This document shows positions 31,701-32,000 of a DNA stretch of 32,000 nucleotides, in pieces; position 1 is the stretch's first letter; the number at the start of each line of letters is the position of its first letter. The position numbers and the translations under genes are program-made. The notes below the pieces were generated by a model. That model was not told where the DNA came from and ran no database searches. It worked only from the letters and a program-made list of their open reading frames with translations. The DNA comes from an uncultured bacterium (GTDB lineage: Bacteria > Margulisbacteria > WOR-1 > CAVSGV01). Where the stretch lies: NCBI GenBank assembly GCA_963699255.1, contig OY969425.1, forward strand, positions 780,001 through 812,000, in the 5' to 3' direction.

Positions 31701-32000
31701 TTATCTTCCGAAACCGCGCCTACTCGCTCTAGTCCTGTCCATTACACCTATGCTCGGCGGGATCGCAGACCTTCTTGCGGGCTGCCGATCACGCTGCGGC
31801 TGGTTCTGCTTCTCCGCACTGATCAGAGACTTATTTATGGCGATTATCTTACAGGAGTTCTCCAGACACGTCGTATACTGCAGCGCTTCAGATAGGCTTC
31901 CACCGACGGCAAAGCTCCCGAAATCCTTTATCAGCGAGATCAGATATCCGGATTTGAAAACCGGAGGAAGGAACTTTGCCAGATCCTCCGAGGACGTTCT
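31701..32000 (-). CDS. C-terminal fragment of a class II aldolase/adducin-like protein; runs off the right edge
   Basis: Not in the ORF track. Manual minus-strand translation gives ...LAKFLPPVFKSGYLISLIKDFGSFAVGGSLSEALQYTTCLENSCKIIAINKSLISAEKQ...GFGR*, with the stop at 31701-31703. The segment GSFAVGGSLSEAL....LE..CKI resembles the HG....G..L.EA......LE..A motif of class II aldolases. Confidence 0.4.
   Translation of the reverse strand, partial: RTSSEDLAKFLPPVFKSGYLISLIKDFGSFAVGGSLSEALQYTTCLENSCKIIAINKSLISAEKQNQPQRDRQPARRSAIPPSIGVMDRTRASRRGFGR

Overview
This is a gene-dense 32-kb window, most likely from an uncultivated diderm bacterium, since it carries Lpt lipopolysaccharide-transport genes and lnt. 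I cannot assign taxonomy from the sequence alone. Most genes lie on the minus strand in tightly coupled housekeeping operons. (1) proS-yjbQ-purF-purM-purN-purH, followed by a SurA-like gene that runs off the left edge. (2) glyQ-glyS. (3) A class II aldolase-like fragment, rel, then holB, a PSP1/RicT gene whose frame is broken, a HIT gene, rpsU, lptF/G, a TPR protein, lptD-like, a lipoprotein and lnt. This third run converges on a plus-strand fmdB-trpD-lptB-lptF/G block. Four visibly AT-richer accessory insertions sit exactly at operon boundaries. They are a 223-aa orphan (7143-8175), a three-gene cassette of a 257-aa orphan, a methyltransferase and a radical SAM/SPASM enzyme (11348-14473), a ~1-kb segment with an outer-membrane-barrel-like orphan bounded by a duplicated lnt 3' end (17613-18619), and an FGE/SUMF1-like orphan (28527-29512). 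The best candidate for an undescribed system is the radical SAM/SPASM cassette, which has no recognisable short precursor gene. Intergenic regions and gene termini also carry several families of imperfect palindromic elements, some of which encode protein termini. I recognised no rRNA, tRNA, CRISPR array, transposase or integrase. All protein calls rest on motif and family recognition from the supplied translations, and no database search was possible.
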